Below are positions 26,388 to 37,155 of a DNA stretch of 64,000 nt, piece by piece. The stretch comes from Chthonomonadales bacterium. GTDB lineage: Bacteria; Armatimonadota; Chthonomonadetes; Chthonomonadales; CAJBBX01. Each line of letters starts with the position of its first letter. Positions within the stretch are counted from its first letter, which is position 1. Position numbers and translations under genes: made by a program. Where the stretch lies: the NCBI GenBank assembly GCA_049967475.1, contig JBMFSQ010000010.1, positions 55,338 through 119,337 of the forward strand, written 5' to 3'. Under the pieces are notes generated by a model. That model was not told where the DNA came from. It saw only the letters and a list, made by a program, of their open reading frames with translations, and ran no database searches.

Positions 26388-28574
26388 TTAGGGGAATTGC
26401 GCTCGGTTTTGGGCAGCAAGCTCGCGCTCCAGCCTTGCGCGCATCGCCGCGGCAGCGGATGCTTCCTCCGTGCGGCCGAGGGCGCGGAGGCTGTGTTCCC
26501 AGCCTTGGAGAGCCGCCCGGTAGCGATCGGCCACGGAGCGCAGCACCTCAGGCCGCACCTCTACCTGCACGATCTGTAAGTTTCGTCGCTGCCAGTACTC
26601 CTCCAGGATCTGCACAGCCTGCCGGTAGTCGGCTTCAGCACGTTTTGGATCACCCGCAGCAGCTTCATAGCGCCCTAAGGCGGCATATGCAGCGCCGAAT
26701 TCCCAGTTCACAAGCTCCGGTAGGGCGCGCACGCGGCCCACCGGCGCACGGTAGAGAGCAGCAATCTGCCTGTACACCAACTCGGCTGCGGCACGGCGCC
26801 CGTCGGCTTCGTAGACCTCAGCGAGAGCGAGAAGGTTCTGCAGATTGAGGGGCTCCAGGGTCCTGGCGCGCTCGAACTGGCCGATTGCGCCAGGCAAGTC
26901 ATGCGCCCTTTCCAAAAACCGGGCGTATCGGTAATGGCACTTACCTATATCCGCCAATCGGATGGCAGCTTGGTACTGCTCGCCGGCGGAATGAAGATCG
27001 CCTTGCATTTCGTATACTTCGGCCAGTGAGAGCCTGTAATCCGGATTGAGCGGATCCCAGGCGGCAGCGGCACTCAGGTATTGGGCCGCACCGAAGGCAT
27101 CTGCTGATCGCAAGAGCCCCATTCCGCGAAGGGCCTCAACGCGGCCTCCGGCAACCATCACGCAAAATACGGCCGCGCATGCGCTTGCCGCGATCCCGAT
27201 CCACCGCAAAACGATGCTCACGGTTGCGGCCGGCCTCCAACCGGCGAAGCCCGCCATGACGCCGCAGAGCACGGCGAATGTGAAGGCATTCGCCGGCACA
27301 TATAAGTCCGAGTCGAAGCAGTTCCTCAGAAGCGCGCCGGCAAGGCCTCCCACAACGCCAGCCTTCAGGATCTCCAGATCCAGCGTGACGCCGCTGCCGC
27401 CGGCTCCAGGCGGCCGAGATTGATGTGCATTGGGGGCAGGTCCCCGGGCTGCACGAACGGATGGCGGCCCCGGGACCGAAGCGGCTTGGTAGCGGCGCCA
27501 ATCGGTTTTCAACGTCTTGACCAAAAGGACAGCTACCCACGCTGTAAACAACACCGCCCCTGGGATGCCGATTTCATCTGCTAACTGAAGGTAGCTGTTG
27601 TGCGCGTGCTCGGTATAGCCGACGAGGGCGTATCGGGGGTAAGCCGCGTCGAAGGAACCGATGCCCGTTCCGAAAATAGGATGGGCCAGCGCCATCCGCA
27701 ATGCACCGCGCCACGTGTATTCGCGAAACTGGGTGGAATAGCTCTCCAGCCCCGTATTTGCCAGGCGATGGAGAACCGGACGGACGCCCGCCGCCAACGC
27801 CAGCACGGCTACGAGCATCAAGGCAAGGGTGCGCCGCCGCGTTCGACCTCTCAAGGCTCCGGCCCTCACAGCGTACGATCCGAACACCGTCAGCCCTACC
27901 ACGAGGCAAACGAGCCCAAACCGCGAACCCGTCAGAAGAAGTGCGGAAGTCTCAAGGGCCAATGAAAACCCGGCGAGCAAAGCGACCATTCGGTCCCCGG
28001 TCGCGAGGAAGGCTGCCGCGGCCAACGGCACCGTCATGCAGAGATAGCCGGCAAGGAAATTGGGTGTGGCAAAGGTCGAAAAGACGCGCCACGTGGGGTT
28101 GTGCAGCGCCACCTCACCGGCATACTCGCGGATACCCAATGCGGCCACAACTGCGGAAGCGAGGATCAATGCGTACACCACAACGTTGAGCGCACGGCCG
28201 CTGCGGGCGCAGACCGCTGTACTCGCGCCCGTTGCCGACGCTCCTGCCAGCACCATGCACCCAACGAGGGATGCCCAAACAACCTGCGAGTGCATCAACG
28301 AAAGAACCGCCAAAGCCGGGATCACGGCGATCACAGCAGAAAACGTAAGTTGGCGGTAATTCCGCCAAACCAGAACCCACGAGACCAGCGCAACGAACGT
28401 AGCCGCAGGCACTCCAAGCAAGTCTGTGAAGCCGGTTCCGGGTGTGGCGGGGTTGACGCGGTCGCTCGGCATTCCCCCGCGAAGAGCTACTACCACGAGG
28501 GCCAAGCCCACGCCTAGGGCTACGATCTGCGACACGGTGGCCGAAGAAAAAACCAGAGCGCGCCTGCGCGTCAC
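26388..28574 (-). CDS. O-antigen ligase/Wzy_C-family membrane protein with C-terminal TPR repeats
   Basis: STFATPNFLAGYL, LTGSRFG, R...W.GAL.M..HPIFGTGIGSF, HAHNSYLQ..E.G..G; TPR tail; GTGA overlap with upstream GT. Confidence 0.85.
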   Translation of the reverse strand: MTRRRALVFSSATVSQIVALGVGLALVVVALRGGMPSDRVNPATPGTGFTDLLGVPAATFVALVSWVLVWRNYRQLTFSAVIAVIPALAVLSLMHSQVVWASLVGCMVLAGASATGASTAVCARSGRALNVVVYALILASAVVAALGIREYAGEVALHNPTWRVFSTFATPNFLAGYLCMTVPLAAAAFLATGDRMVALLAGFSLALETSALLLTGSRFGLVCLVVGLTVFGSYAVRAGALRGRTRRRTLALMLVAVLALAAGVRPVLHRLANTGLESYSTQFREYTWRGALRMALAHPIFGTGIGSFDAAYPRYALVGYTEHAHNSYLQLADEIGIPGAVLFTAWVAVLLVKTLKTDWRRYQAASVPGPPSVRAARGPAPNAHQSRPPGAGGSGVTLDLEILKAGVVGGLAGALLRNCFDSDLYVPANAFTFAVLCGVMAGFAGWRPAATVSIVLRWIGIAASACAAVFCVMVAGGRVEALRGMGLLRSADAFGAAQYLSAAAAWDPLNPDYRLSLAEVYEMQGDLHSAGEQYQAAIRLADIGKCHYRYARFLERAHDLPGAIGQFERARTLEPLNLQNLLALAEVYEADGRRAAAELVYRQIAALYRAPVGRVRALPELVNWEFGAAYAALGRYEAAAGDPKRAEADYRQAVQILEEYWQRRNLQIVQVEVRPEVLRSVADRYRAALQGWEHSLRALGRTEEASAAAAMRARLERELAAQNRAQFP

Positions 28575-29461
28575 TTCTGCCTCCAATGGGCCAGGCGCCG
28601 CTTCAGGTTCCGCCACCGGTAGCGAACGATCTGCCCGCTCGCCCGCAATACCAGGCCGGGAAGGATCAGCGGCCGCACGAACCATGGCGTCTTGCGGGCA
28701 TAGTGCTTGCGATAGAAGCGATACATGCTCCGGTGGAAGGCGAACGTTGCTCGCGTGGGAACCTGGTCGCTGCTCCGGCCGATGGTGTGGTAGATCACGG
28801 ATGCAGGGCAGTACATCACGCGCCACCCGAGCTCATGGGTCCGGTAGCAGAGATCCACATCCTCGCAGTACATATAGAAGCATTCATCGAAGCCACCCGT
28901 TTGGCGCAGCACCTCTCGGCGGATCATGAGCGCCGCGCCGGACACCCAGTCTACGTCCCTCGGTGTGGCGTGGTCCCAATCCGCCATCAAATAGTCTTGC
29001 GTAAAGCGGTTCCTTGGGAACAACCGCCCCAGCGGGGTGTTACGAAAGAAGCCCACACCCAAATTCGGAAAGCGGCGGCAAGAGTATTGGAGGCTGCCGT
29101 CGGCATTGAGCAGGCGCGGGCCAACGATGCCGACATCCGGGTGTTCGTCGGCAAACGACACGAGGGTGTCCAGGGCGCACGGAGTTACGCGCGTGTCGGC
29201 ATTGAGGAAGAGTATGTAGCGACCGGGATCAGCCGGTACCGCGCGGTTATTGCCGGCGCAAAAGCCTAGATTGCGGGAATGGGCAACAAGGCGAACCTGC
29301 GGGAATTCTGCCAGTACCATCTCGCGGCTGCCGTCTGCGGAAGCATTATCGGCTACTATAATCTCCACCTCGTGTTCATACTTCTGAGCCACAAGCGATG
29401 CGAGGCACACACGAAGATCGTTGCGGGTATTCCAGTTGAGTACGATAACGGTTAGATCCAC
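28571..29461 (-). CDS. GT2 glycosyltransferase (WbbL-like rhamnosyltransferase)
   Basis: IVLNWNT, DNASADGS, NLGF..GNN, FLNAD, VDWVSGA, GGFDE.FYMYCEDVD. Confidence 0.9.
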   Translation of the reverse strand: MDLTVIVLNWNTRNDLRVCLASLVAQKYEHEVEIIVADNASADGSREMVLAEFPQVRLVAHSRNLGFCAGNNRAVPADPGRYILFLNADTRVTPCALDTLVSFADEHPDVGIVGPRLLNADGSLQYSCRRFPNLGVGFFRNTPLGRLFPRNRFTQDYLMADWDHATPRDVDWVSGAALMIRREVLRQTGGFDECFYMYCEDVDLCYRTHELGWRVMYCPASVIYHTIGRSSDQVPTRATFAFHRSMYRFYRKHYARKTPWFVRPLILPGLVLRASGQIVRYRWRNLKRRLAHWRQK

Positions 29462-29462
29462 G

Positions 29463-30311
29463 CTATCCTCTGAGCCTCGCAGCGATCCAAGCGTGCACCC
29501 ACGAGGCCAGCGCCGCAACCCAATAAACCGGCAGAAATAGGGGCGAGCGGTAATGCTTGCGGTAGAACTGCAGTAGCCCTCGTCGCGACTCCCATGCCAT
29601 CATACCCCGCACCAACCGCGTGCTGCCGCCTCCGTAGTGCGTCACAACGACCGAAGGCGTGTAGAGAACCACCACCCCATTCCGGTTTGCCCGGTACAAC
29701 CAGTCCACGTCGTTGAAAAAGATAGGGAAGCACTCATCCATCGCCCCGATCCGGTCGAAAACGCTGCGGCGCATTAGTAGAAAGGTACCCATCGGTTGTT
29801 CCACGACCGCCTCATGCTCGTAATCGAACCAATCCATTCGGTAGGCGTTGATGATACGGCTCCGGCGGAACAGCGCCGCAATCCCCGTCACCTCAAAGAT
29901 CATCGCAGCAGGCCGAGGAAAACCGCGCACCGACTTTTGGACCGTGCCGTCCGGATGCACCAGTTTCGCGGCCAGCACGCCTACCTCGGGGCGACGCTCG
30001 AGCAGCTCCACGGCACGCTCCAAACTTCCCGGCCAAACCACTACATCGGGGTTGAGCAGCAGAACGTACCTTCCCCTACTGGCAGCCACGCCTTGGTTGT
30101 TCCCCCGCGCATAGCCTTCATTGGCGTTGTTGGCGATGAGGCACACCTGAGGATACTTCCGGGCGACTGCCTCCGCGCTTCCGTCCGCAGAGGCGTTGTC
30201 TACCACGATGACCTCGAATTCGAAGGGCGGCGGGTTCCGGTAGATTGAGTGGAGTGCTCCAAGGAGATAGTCGCGCGTGTTCCAATTGACGAGGATGATG
30301 GAGAGCGTCAT
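29463..30311 (-). CDS. GT2 glycosyltransferase
   Basis: ILVNWNT, VDNASADGS, GYARGNN, LLNPD, EQPMGTFLL, FPIFFNDVD. Confidence 0.9.
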   Translation of the reverse strand: MTLSIILVNWNTRDYLLGALHSIYRNPPPFEFEVIVVDNASADGSAEAVARKYPQVCLIANNANEGYARGNNQGVAASRGRYVLLLNPDVVVWPGSLERAVELLERRPEVGVLAAKLVHPDGTVQKSVRGFPRPAAMIFEVTGIAALFRRSRIINAYRMDWFDYEHEAVVEQPMGTFLLMRRSVFDRIGAMDECFPIFFNDVDWLYRANRNGVVVLYTPSVVVTHYGGGSTRLVRGMMAWESRRGLLQFYRKHYRSPLFLPVYWVAALASWVHAWIAARLRG

Positions 30312-31024
30312 GGGAAGAGGCACGCTGCCGACCCACCTTGTGTCGCCAGAGGCAGCAGATCGGCCAATTCGTTTACAAGAAGATCCGGCATGGCCGGAGC
30401 AAAGAAGGAACCGTCTCTTCCTAACAGGATGCCCACGGTAAAGAGGCCCGCTGCCCGACCCGCCTGGATATCCATCCAATGATCCCCGATGATGACGGCC
30501 TGCGCTGGCCCATCATGGAGGTGTTCCATGCCCAAGAGGCGCAGAGTGTGCATCAGGTGGTCCGGATGGGGCTTCGTGCGCTCCACATCGTCGCGCGTCA
30601 CGAGGGCATCATAAGGAAGCCTGCTCATTCGCACGAGCTGTTCGGACACCCGCCGGCAATTTCGGGTTACGATGCCTATCCGAATGGACCGCCGGTGCAG
30701 ATGCCGAATGAGAGCCGCAGCCCCAGGAGCCACCTTCGCGTCCCGCACATGGCGTTCTTCGATTGCCTCGAGGGCTGCGAATGCTTCCTTGCGCAAGGCC
30801 GCCGCCTGGGCGGGATCTCCTTCACGGGCAAGTGCGGCGCGGGCTTCCTCCACGATGGCCAGAACATCCCGCTCGGTGGGATCTACGCGAATGCCGTATC
30901 GGAGCGCGAGCTGGCGCATCGCCCGGCGCATGGCGTCAAAGTCTATCTCCGTTTGGATGAGCGTGCCGTCCAGATCGAAGAGTGCGGCACGCACATGGGC
31001 AAAGGGGTTATCCACAGGTTCCAT
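30308..31024 (-). CDS. HAD family hydrolase (phosphoglycolate-phosphatase-like)
   Basis: FDLDGTL, VTRN, KPHPD, IGDHWMDIQAG. Confidence 0.9.
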   Translation of the reverse strand: MEPVDNPFAHVRAALFDLDGTLIQTEIDFDAMRRAMRQLALRYGIRVDPTERDVLAIVEEARAALAREGDPAQAAALRKEAFAALEAIEERHVRDAKVAPGAAALIRHLHRRSIRIGIVTRNCRRVSEQLVRMSRLPYDALVTRDDVERTKPHPDHLMHTLRLLGMEHLHDGPAQAVIIGDHWMDIQAGRAAGLFTVGILLGRDGSFFAPAMPDLLVNELADLLPLATQGGSAACLFP

Positions 31025-31071
31025 GATAGCACCTCACCGATCCTCGCTGCCATGAATGAAGAACCGACACC

Positions 31072-32268
31072 TCAATCAATAGGGTCGGGTACGTCCTCGG
31101 GCACCGGCTCGGCAAGTTTCGGGAAGAAGTAAATCAACAGGATCCGTACTGAGGCTGCCACGGGCACAGCCAAGAGCATCCCCCAAATGCCGAAAAGCGT
31201 CGCGCCGCACATTAAGGCGAATACGTTCACGAGGGGATGAAGCCCAACCGACCCGCCCACAACGCGAGGAGTGATGCCGTAGTCGAAGGAGAGGTGCATG
31301 CCGACGAACAGCGCCACCACCAGCAGGGCGTATCCTGCGGAAGGGAGCTCCAAAGGCCAGAGGAACAGAAGCACCGGATGCTCCACGGTGAGGGCGACGA
31401 TGCCTGCCGTGCAGATGGCAACTGCAGGCCCGATATAGGGAACCGCGTACAGCACACCTGCAGCCAGTCCAAGGAAGAGTGCGTAATGAAGCCCCAGCAA
31501 GTAAAACAGCACCACGGCGGCTATACCGTAACAGACGCAGACCACGGCGAGACTGCGGAAATAGGCGCTGAAAACTTCCACCACTTCTTCGGACATACGG
31601 CGGATGCCCGGTTGATGGGCAGGGGGCGCAAAGGAGATGAGCTTGGCGCGAAGGGCGCGGTAGTCCATGAGGAAATAGAAAAGGGAAAGCGGGATGATGA
31701 TGAGCCACAGGATCTGCCCGGCAAACCCCTGAATCGCATCTTTGACCGTAATAAGAGCTTGCTTGGCGGCTGCGGCGATGGCGCCGTTCTGGTTGGTAGC
31801 GCTGAGGGGGTTGCTCTTGACCCCGAGGGCTGAAAGAGGTTTCTGATAGCGCCGATACCACTGGTCCGTGATGCGGGTAATCTGGGAGCCATAATCTGAG
31901 GCTTTGTTGGCCAAGCCGTTCATCTGATTGAGAACCTGGGGAACAACCACTATGGCCGCCAGCACGATGAGGAGGAATACCAAAGCATAGATGGTTGCCA
32001 CAGCTCGGACGCGCGACACCCCCCGCCGCTGATGCCGCGTCACCACAGGATCTAGGAGGGAAGCAAGGAAGAAGGCGATAAGGAAAGGCGGCAATACGCT
32101 CCGGACCCGCCACAAAAAGAGGATGGCGCAGGCTCCGGCTGCCACCAGCCCTGCCGTCCTGCGCCATCCTCCGTCCGCTGCCGGCCCGTCCGCCGGTGGG
32201 CATTCCGGCGGCACGACACTCATGTCCCGCTTCTGTTCGGACGCATTAGGAGCCGGTCTATCGTCCAC
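31072..32268 (-). CDS. AI-2E family transporter
   Basis: PFLIAFFLASLLDPVV, VPYIGP, PRVVGGSVGLHP, FGIWGMLLAVPVAA. Confidence 0.9.
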   Translation of the reverse strand: MDDRPAPNASEQKRDMSVVPPECPPADGPAADGGWRRTAGLVAAGACAILFLWRVRSVLPPFLIAFFLASLLDPVVTRHQRRGVSRVRAVATIYALVFLLIVLAAIVVVPQVLNQMNGLANKASDYGSQITRITDQWYRRYQKPLSALGVKSNPLSATNQNGAIAAAAKQALITVKDAIQGFAGQILWLIIIPLSLFYFLMDYRALRAKLISFAPPAHQPGIRRMSEEVVEVFSAYFRSLAVVCVCYGIAAVVLFYLLGLHYALFLGLAAGVLYAVPYIGPAVAICTAGIVALTVEHPVLLFLWPLELPSAGYALLVVALFVGMHLSFDYGITPRVVGGSVGLHPLVNVFALMCGATLFGIWGMLLAVPVAASVRILLIYFFPKLAEPVPEDVPDPID

Positions 32269-32282
32269 GCTCTTTCGAGGGC

Positions 32283-32573
32283 CTATACCGCGGTAGAGGT
32301 AGGCTCGGCCTCCTTCTCCTCGGACTTCTGGGCCTTCTCCACCATAGCCTGCTTGCCCGTCTCCACAGCCGTCTTCACCTTCTCGGCGACCTCTTTGCTC
32401 AGGTCGGAGATCTTCGTCCCCAGATCTGCAAGCGTCTTGCTCAAAGTCTCACGCGTCTCCGTACCCGGCTTGGGAGCGAAGAGCAACCCGGCCACCGCGC
32501 CCACGATCACCCCAATGCCGATGCCGGCAAGGACGCTGATCAGAACGCTCTTATCGTTATCCTGCTGCTCCAT
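32283..32573 (-). CDS. YtxH domain protein
   Basis: GIGIGVIVGAVAGLLFAPKPG.ETR; SD AAAGGAGG. Confidence 0.88.
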   Translation of the reverse strand: MEQQDNDKSVLISVLAGIGIGVIVGAVAGLLFAPKPGTETRETLSKTLADLGTKISDLSKEVAEKVKTAVETGKQAMVEKAQKSEEKEAEPTSTAV

Positions 32574-33099
32574 CTGTGTCCCTCCTTTGTCCTTCTTCTT
32601 TGGTAATAACAAGCTGCTTGGATTTGTTGCCGTTGGGCAGAAGAGCACGCAAACCCGTTCGGACGCCGATCATAAGGAGCCCGAGCTTGTTGGCCGAGAG
32701 CTTCAGCACCCGACCCGCTGCCGACGACACGTTGGCGGGTTCCGTAACCGTCCGCACCAATGAGGCAATCTGGGCAACATTCTGCGCCGTTTGGCTTACT
32801 GCCCTCGTCGCCGCCTCAACGTGCGTTACGGCGGTGCGGGTAATCTGAACTGTAGGCGCCAACTCCGACCGCACCAGGCTGTCTGCGGATGCGGTAAGCT
32901 GCTCTATGCGCTCCAGCGCGGTCTTTGTTTCCCGCAGAACGGGAACCACCTCCGTCTGAAGCACCTGCAGCTTCGCATTCACCTCGGCCAGGGCCCTCGT
33001 CACCGCCTTCAGCGCTTGAAGCACTCCTGCCGAGAACACGACGACGTTCAGCACAATGACGGCAAGCAATACCAGTTCTACAATTGTTCTTGTATCCAT
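32557..33099 (-). CDS. DUF948/YoxC-like membrane-anchored coiled-coil protein
   Basis: N-terminal TM helix plus heptad coiled coil; directly upstream of YtxH protein. Confidence 0.65.
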   Translation of the reverse strand: MDTRTIVELVLLAVIVLNVVVFSAGVLQALKAVTRALAEVNAKLQVLQTEVVPVLRETKTALERIEQLTASADSLVRSELAPTVQITRTAVTHVEAATRAVSQTAQNVAQIASLVRTVTEPANVSSAAGRVLKLSANKLGLLMIGVRTGLRALLPNGNKSKQLVITKEEGQRRDTDGAAG

Positions 33100-33117
33100 T
33101 TTGCTCGCCTGCCAATA

Positions 33118-34215
33118 CTAGTCTTCAACTCGGCTGATGGTACCGCCGCCAAGTACGCGGTTGCCAAGATAGAATACTGCGGCCTGTCCCGGCGTAACGG
33201 CGCGCTGAGGTTCATCCAGCTCGCACTGAATGGAAGCATCCCGGTAAAACAACCGGGCCGGAACCGCATCTGCATTATAGCGGATCTGGGCACAAACCGC
33301 AAGAGGAAAGTCCGGCTGCTCCCCTACCCAGCTTACGTCCTCAACTGTAAAGCGGCGCGAGTAAAGCTCCCGGTCTTCGCCTACCACCAGGGTATTCGTG
33401 CTCGCCTCCATTGCAACCACGTAGAGCGGACCCGAGTTGCTGGCAGGAAGCCTCCGGCGCTGGCCGATGGTGTAAAGAGCAAGGCCCTCGTGGTAACCCA
33501 GGACCCGGCCGGAAGTGTCTACAATCGGCCCAGAGCGCAGGGTGTGGGGAGCGCGCTCACGCAGAAATGCTGTGTAACCCTCCTGAGGCACAAAGCAGAT
33601 TTCCTGGCTGTCGGCCTTGGCCGCCACGGGAAGGCCCAGTTCTGATGCGATGCGCCGCGTAACCCATTTGCCCCCCAGTTCACCGATGGGGAACAGAACC
33701 TGGTCCAAGTCTGCTTCCGTCAGCATGTAGAGGGCATAGGACTGATCTTTGGCCCGGTCGCGCGCGCGATGCAGCTCCAGCCGTCCGGAAGCCTCATCCT
33801 TCACGATGCGCGCATAGTGCCCTGTGGCGAGGTACCGTGCGCCAAGCCGGCGCGCCTGGTGCAGCAGCTCCCGGAATTTGACGCGCCGATTGCACTCTAC
33901 GCAAGGATTGGGGGTCCGGCCCCGTGAATACTCCAGCACAAAGTGTTGGATGACCTCGTTCTGAAAATGCTCCCGGAAGTTGAACACGTAATGGGGGATG
34001 CCGATGCGCGCCGCAGCCCTGCGTGCATCCTCCACTGCTCCCAGCGAGCAACAGCCCCCGCTGCGGCTTTGATCCGTGCGCTCCTGCCAAATCTGAAGCG
34101 TCACGCCGATCACATCGTACCCCTGCTGCTTCAGCAGGGCGGCCGCAACGGCGCTGTCTACCCCACCGCTCATGGCGGCCACGACTGTAGAATGGGTGAA
34201 AGAAGGGTTCATCAC
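33118..34215 (-). CDS. mnmA: tRNA 2-thiouridine(34) synthase
   Basis: AMSGGVDS, GRTPNPCVECN, ATGHYAR, KDQSY, DSQEICF, YTIGQRR, AVTPGQ. Confidence 0.97.
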   Translation of the reverse strand: MMNPSFTHSTVVAAMSGGVDSAVAAALLKQQGYDVIGVTLQIWQERTDQSRSGGCCSLGAVEDARRAAARIGIPHYVFNFREHFQNEVIQHFVLEYSRGRTPNPCVECNRRVKFRELLHQARRLGARYLATGHYARIVKDEASGRLELHRARDRAKDQSYALYMLTEADLDQVLFPIGELGGKWVTRRIASELGLPVAAKADSQEICFVPQEGYTAFLRERAPHTLRSGPIVDTSGRVLGYHEGLALYTIGQRRRLPASNSGPLYVVAMEASTNTLVVGEDRELYSRRFTVEDVSWVGEQPDFPLAVCAQIRYNADAVPARLFYRDASIQCELDEPQRAVTPGQAAVFYLGNRVLGGGTISRVED

Positions 34216-34293
34216 GCCTCTCTTAGGAACTTTCGACTATTCCAAGTTCCCGCACACGAGCCAAAGCCGCCCGCTCGCGCATCGCCGGGAAGC

Positions 34294-35766
34294 CTACAGA
34301 TACCCCAGGTCCTCCAAACGCCGGGCGATCTCGGCCTCTTCCTCCGGAGTATACGTCCATGGAGTATCCGGAAGATCCAGCACAGAGCGCCCCATCCCCG
34401 GAGGAGGCGTGATGCCGAAGGCATTCAAGATGGTCGGAGCGATATCGTAGATGGACATCCCTTCGCGATAGATGCCCCCAGCTCTTCCGGACCGGACGGC
34501 ATCCATACCCGCCATCAAACAGATACCGTACTGTCCGTGGTTTGCGTCATCGGGGCCTGTGTCGTTCTCGTGCACCCAAATCGTTCCGCGCCCCACACTT
34601 CCCACCGACCGCCAGTTGAGGTCGCCAAAATAAACGATGAGATCCGGCGGCACGTTGTTGCAGGCGCCATAGATCTCCTGCGGGAGGAACACCCGAGTGC
34701 CGATAGGGTTGCCGTGTTCGTCGGGGAGAGCTTCCAGACGGGAGGCGAGTTCCTTGCGCAGGGGCTCGTAATCCTGAGGGCGAACCGTGCCGGCGGGCTC
34801 GCGACCTTCAACGTTGAGGAAGAGCCTGCCGTAGTACCCACCATCTCCCCACGCCTTCGTGCGCTGCCAATCCACCATCTGGGGAGTAAGCTTCACAGGC
34901 TCCTTCGGTTGTTCGCGAAGAACAAGGTATCCCTCCTGCATGAGCCATTCGTTGATGCAGATGCCGCCGATCATCCTTTTGGCGCCATGGTCCGACACGA
35001 CGAGCACCAGCGTGTCGTCCGGAAGGAGGTCCAGCACTTCCCCCACCATGCGATCGAGTTCCACATAATAATCGCGGATGGCGCTTTCGTATGGGTTCCC
35101 CGGTTCGTAGAGAGGATGATCGCGGTCAAAGTATCTCCAAAAGCCATGGTGGATGCGGTCCGGCCCCATCTCTACCATAACGAAGAGGTCCCATGGCTTG
35201 GTGGTGATCAGGTGCCGCGCCACCCGAAAGCGCTGTTCCGTCATCTGATAGATCTGGCCGAGAAGCCACTGCTTGTCTTCCGTGCGGAAATTGCGCACAT
35301 CCAGCATGTAATTCGGGGCGACCTCCAAGATCTCCGTGCGGAGATCCGCCGGATAGGTGAAATTGCTCGCCGTGTCCGGAGCCAGGAAGCCGCTGACAAG
35401 AAGGCCGTTCACCGGCCGCGGCGGATAAGTAAGTGGGACACCCAGTAAAATCGCTCTCTTCCCGGCCTGAGCCAAAAGGTCCCACACCGCAGGCTCGCGC
35501 ACCATGGAACTGTTGGCGAATGTGAGCCCTTCGTAGGAGTGATCTTTTCGATTGCGGAACCCGTAGATGCCCAGCGTGCCGGGATCCTTCCCCGTCATCA
35601 TGCACATCCATGCAGGGACAGTGATGGGCGGGATCGTCGATTCCAGCGGTCCGTACCACCCTGCAGACATGATGCGGCCAAGGTTGGGCAGAGCCGGGCG
35701 GAACAAATCAAACACCAGGTGCGGGTCTGCGCAGTCGAGACCGATGACACAAACGTTGCGTTTCAT
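34294..35766 (-). CDS. alkaline phosphatase superfamily / type I phosphodiesterase-nucleotide pyrophosphatase
   Basis: IGLDCA, STIPPITVPAW..MMTGK.PG, DRIHH, VSDHG, DDANH, C-terminal RLEDLGYL. Confidence 0.88.
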   Translation of the reverse strand: MKRNVCVIGLDCADPHLVFDLFRPALPNLGRIMSAGWYGPLESTIPPITVPAWMCMMTGKDPGTLGIYGFRNRKDHSYEGLTFANSSMVREPAVWDLLAQAGKRAILLGVPLTYPPRPVNGLLVSGFLAPDTASNFTYPADLRTEILEVAPNYMLDVRNFRTEDKQWLLGQIYQMTEQRFRVARHLITTKPWDLFVMVEMGPDRIHHGFWRYFDRDHPLYEPGNPYESAIRDYYVELDRMVGEVLDLLPDDTLVLVVSDHGAKRMIGGICINEWLMQEGYLVLREQPKEPVKLTPQMVDWQRTKAWGDGGYYGRLFLNVEGREPAGTVRPQDYEPLRKELASRLEALPDEHGNPIGTRVFLPQEIYGACNNVPPDLIVYFGDLNWRSVGSVGRGTIWVHENDTGPDDANHGQYGICLMAGMDAVRSGRAGGIYREGMSIYDIAPTILNAFGITPPPGMGRSVLDLPDTPWTYTPEEEAEIARRLEDLGYL

Positions 35767-35842
35767 AGATATTTGTCCTCATACATTAATTCTGGACGTA
35801 ACTTCACTGCGATAGCTGCCTCAATGCAACCGGACGACGTCA

Positions 35843-37030
35843 TCAGATAAGCCCAAGATCCTTACCTACCCGCCGGAATGCCTCAAGAGCATCATCGAGG
35901 TCCTTACGGGTGTGCGACGCGTTGGGCATGGTGCGCACACGGGCCTTCCCGCGAGGAACGGTGGGGTAAACGACAGCCAAGGCGAGGACACCTTCTTCCA
36001 TAAGGCGTTGCTGCAACAGAAGCGCCTTGCCTTCGTCGCCGGTCATTACCGGAGTGATGGGCGTTTCGGTAGCGCCGATGTCGAAGCCGATCTCTGTGAG
36101 GCCATGCTGCCAGTACCGGGCGTTCTCCCATAGACGCTGTGTAAGGGAAGGATCCTGTTCCATCAGGTCAATTGCCGCGATGCATGCCGCTGCGACTGCA
36201 GGGGGATGGGCAGTGCTGAACAGGAAGGGCCGGGCCCGCTGCGTGAGCCAATCCCGAAGCCGGGCACTGCCGGCAATGTATCCCCCCATCACACCCACCG
36301 CCTTGGAGAGTGTGCCCAGTTGAATATCCAGGCGATCATGAACGCCGAAATGATAGGCGGTGCCGCGTCCGCCGCCCAAGACGCCGGAACCATGGGCATC
36401 GTCCACCATCACTGCAGCGTCGTACTGTTCAGCAAGCTGCACAATGCCGGGGAGAGGCGCGATATCGCCGTCCATACTGAAAACGCCATCGGTGATGATG
36501 AGGCGCTTTCGATACTGCTGCGTCTTCTTGAGCACATCCTCCAGCGAGTTCAAATCCTTATGCTTGTAGATGGGGCGCTGCTCACTTGGCAGCCCCGTCA
36601 GGCGGCAGCCATCTATGATGGAGGCATGGTTGAGCTCATCCGAAATGATCACGTCTTCCCGCGTGACGATGGCAGGGATCGTGCCGGCGTTTGCGGTGAA
36701 GCCGGATTGAAAAACGATGGCAGCCTCCACATGCTTGAAGCGCGCGATGCGCTCTTCGAGCTGCTGGTGCAGCGCCATTGTGCCGATGATGGTGCGGACC
36801 GCTCCGGCGCCGGCCCCCCATTGCTCTACGGCCAGAATGGCGGCCTCCTTGAGGCGCGGATGGTTCGCCAACCCAAGGTAGTTGTTGGACGACAGGTTCA
36901 CCACCTGGCGGCCGTTCACCGTGATGCGGCCTCCCTGCGGTGACTGCAGCTCTACCAAGGGTTTGTAGAGGTTCTGCGCCTTGAGCGCTCCGAGCTGATC
37001 GTCCAGCCAGTTCTGCAGTGTGGTGTTCAT
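35843..37030 (-). CDS. kbl: glycine C-acetyltransferase (2-amino-3-ketobutyrate CoA ligase)
   Basis: [40 protein letters not shown]; downstream of tdh. Confidence 0.93.
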   Translation of the reverse strand: MNTTLQNWLDDQLGALKAQNLYKPLVELQSPQGGRITVNGRQVVNLSSNNYLGLANHPRLKEAAILAVEQWGAGAGAVRTIIGTMALHQQLEERIARFKHVEAAIVFQSGFTANAGTIPAIVTREDVIISDELNHASIIDGCRLTGLPSEQRPIYKHKDLNSLEDVLKKTQQYRKRLIITDGVFSMDGDIAPLPGIVQLAEQYDAAVMVDDAHGSGVLGGGRGTAYHFGVHDRLDIQLGTLSKAVGVMGGYIAGSARLRDWLTQRARPFLFSTAHPPAVAAACIAAIDLMEQDPSLTQRLWENARYWQHGLTEIGFDIGATETPITPVMTGDEGKALLLQQRLMEEGVLALAVVYPTVPRGKARVRTMPNASHTRKDLDDALEAFRRVGKDLGLI

Positions 37031-37155
37031 GCCGTTTCACCTCTGAAATCTCAAGCTCCGGCGTCTTTTACACCGAGCGAATATCGCCCTTATTTCAGCA
37101 CACCTAGCGCATCGGTCAAAGCCGGGAGCCCCTTCTGCGGCGCCGGAGCCGTCGT

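Noticed and set aside
33943..35448. 501-aa plus-strand ORF (and similar long antisense ORFs at 6890-8020, 41683-42813, 61675-62586)
   Set aside because: Each overlaps a well-supported gene on the opposite strand and has no SD or domain signal
36540..36562. GTTCAAATCC T-loop-like motif
   Set aside because: Inside kbl coding sequence with no cloverleaf; not a tRNA
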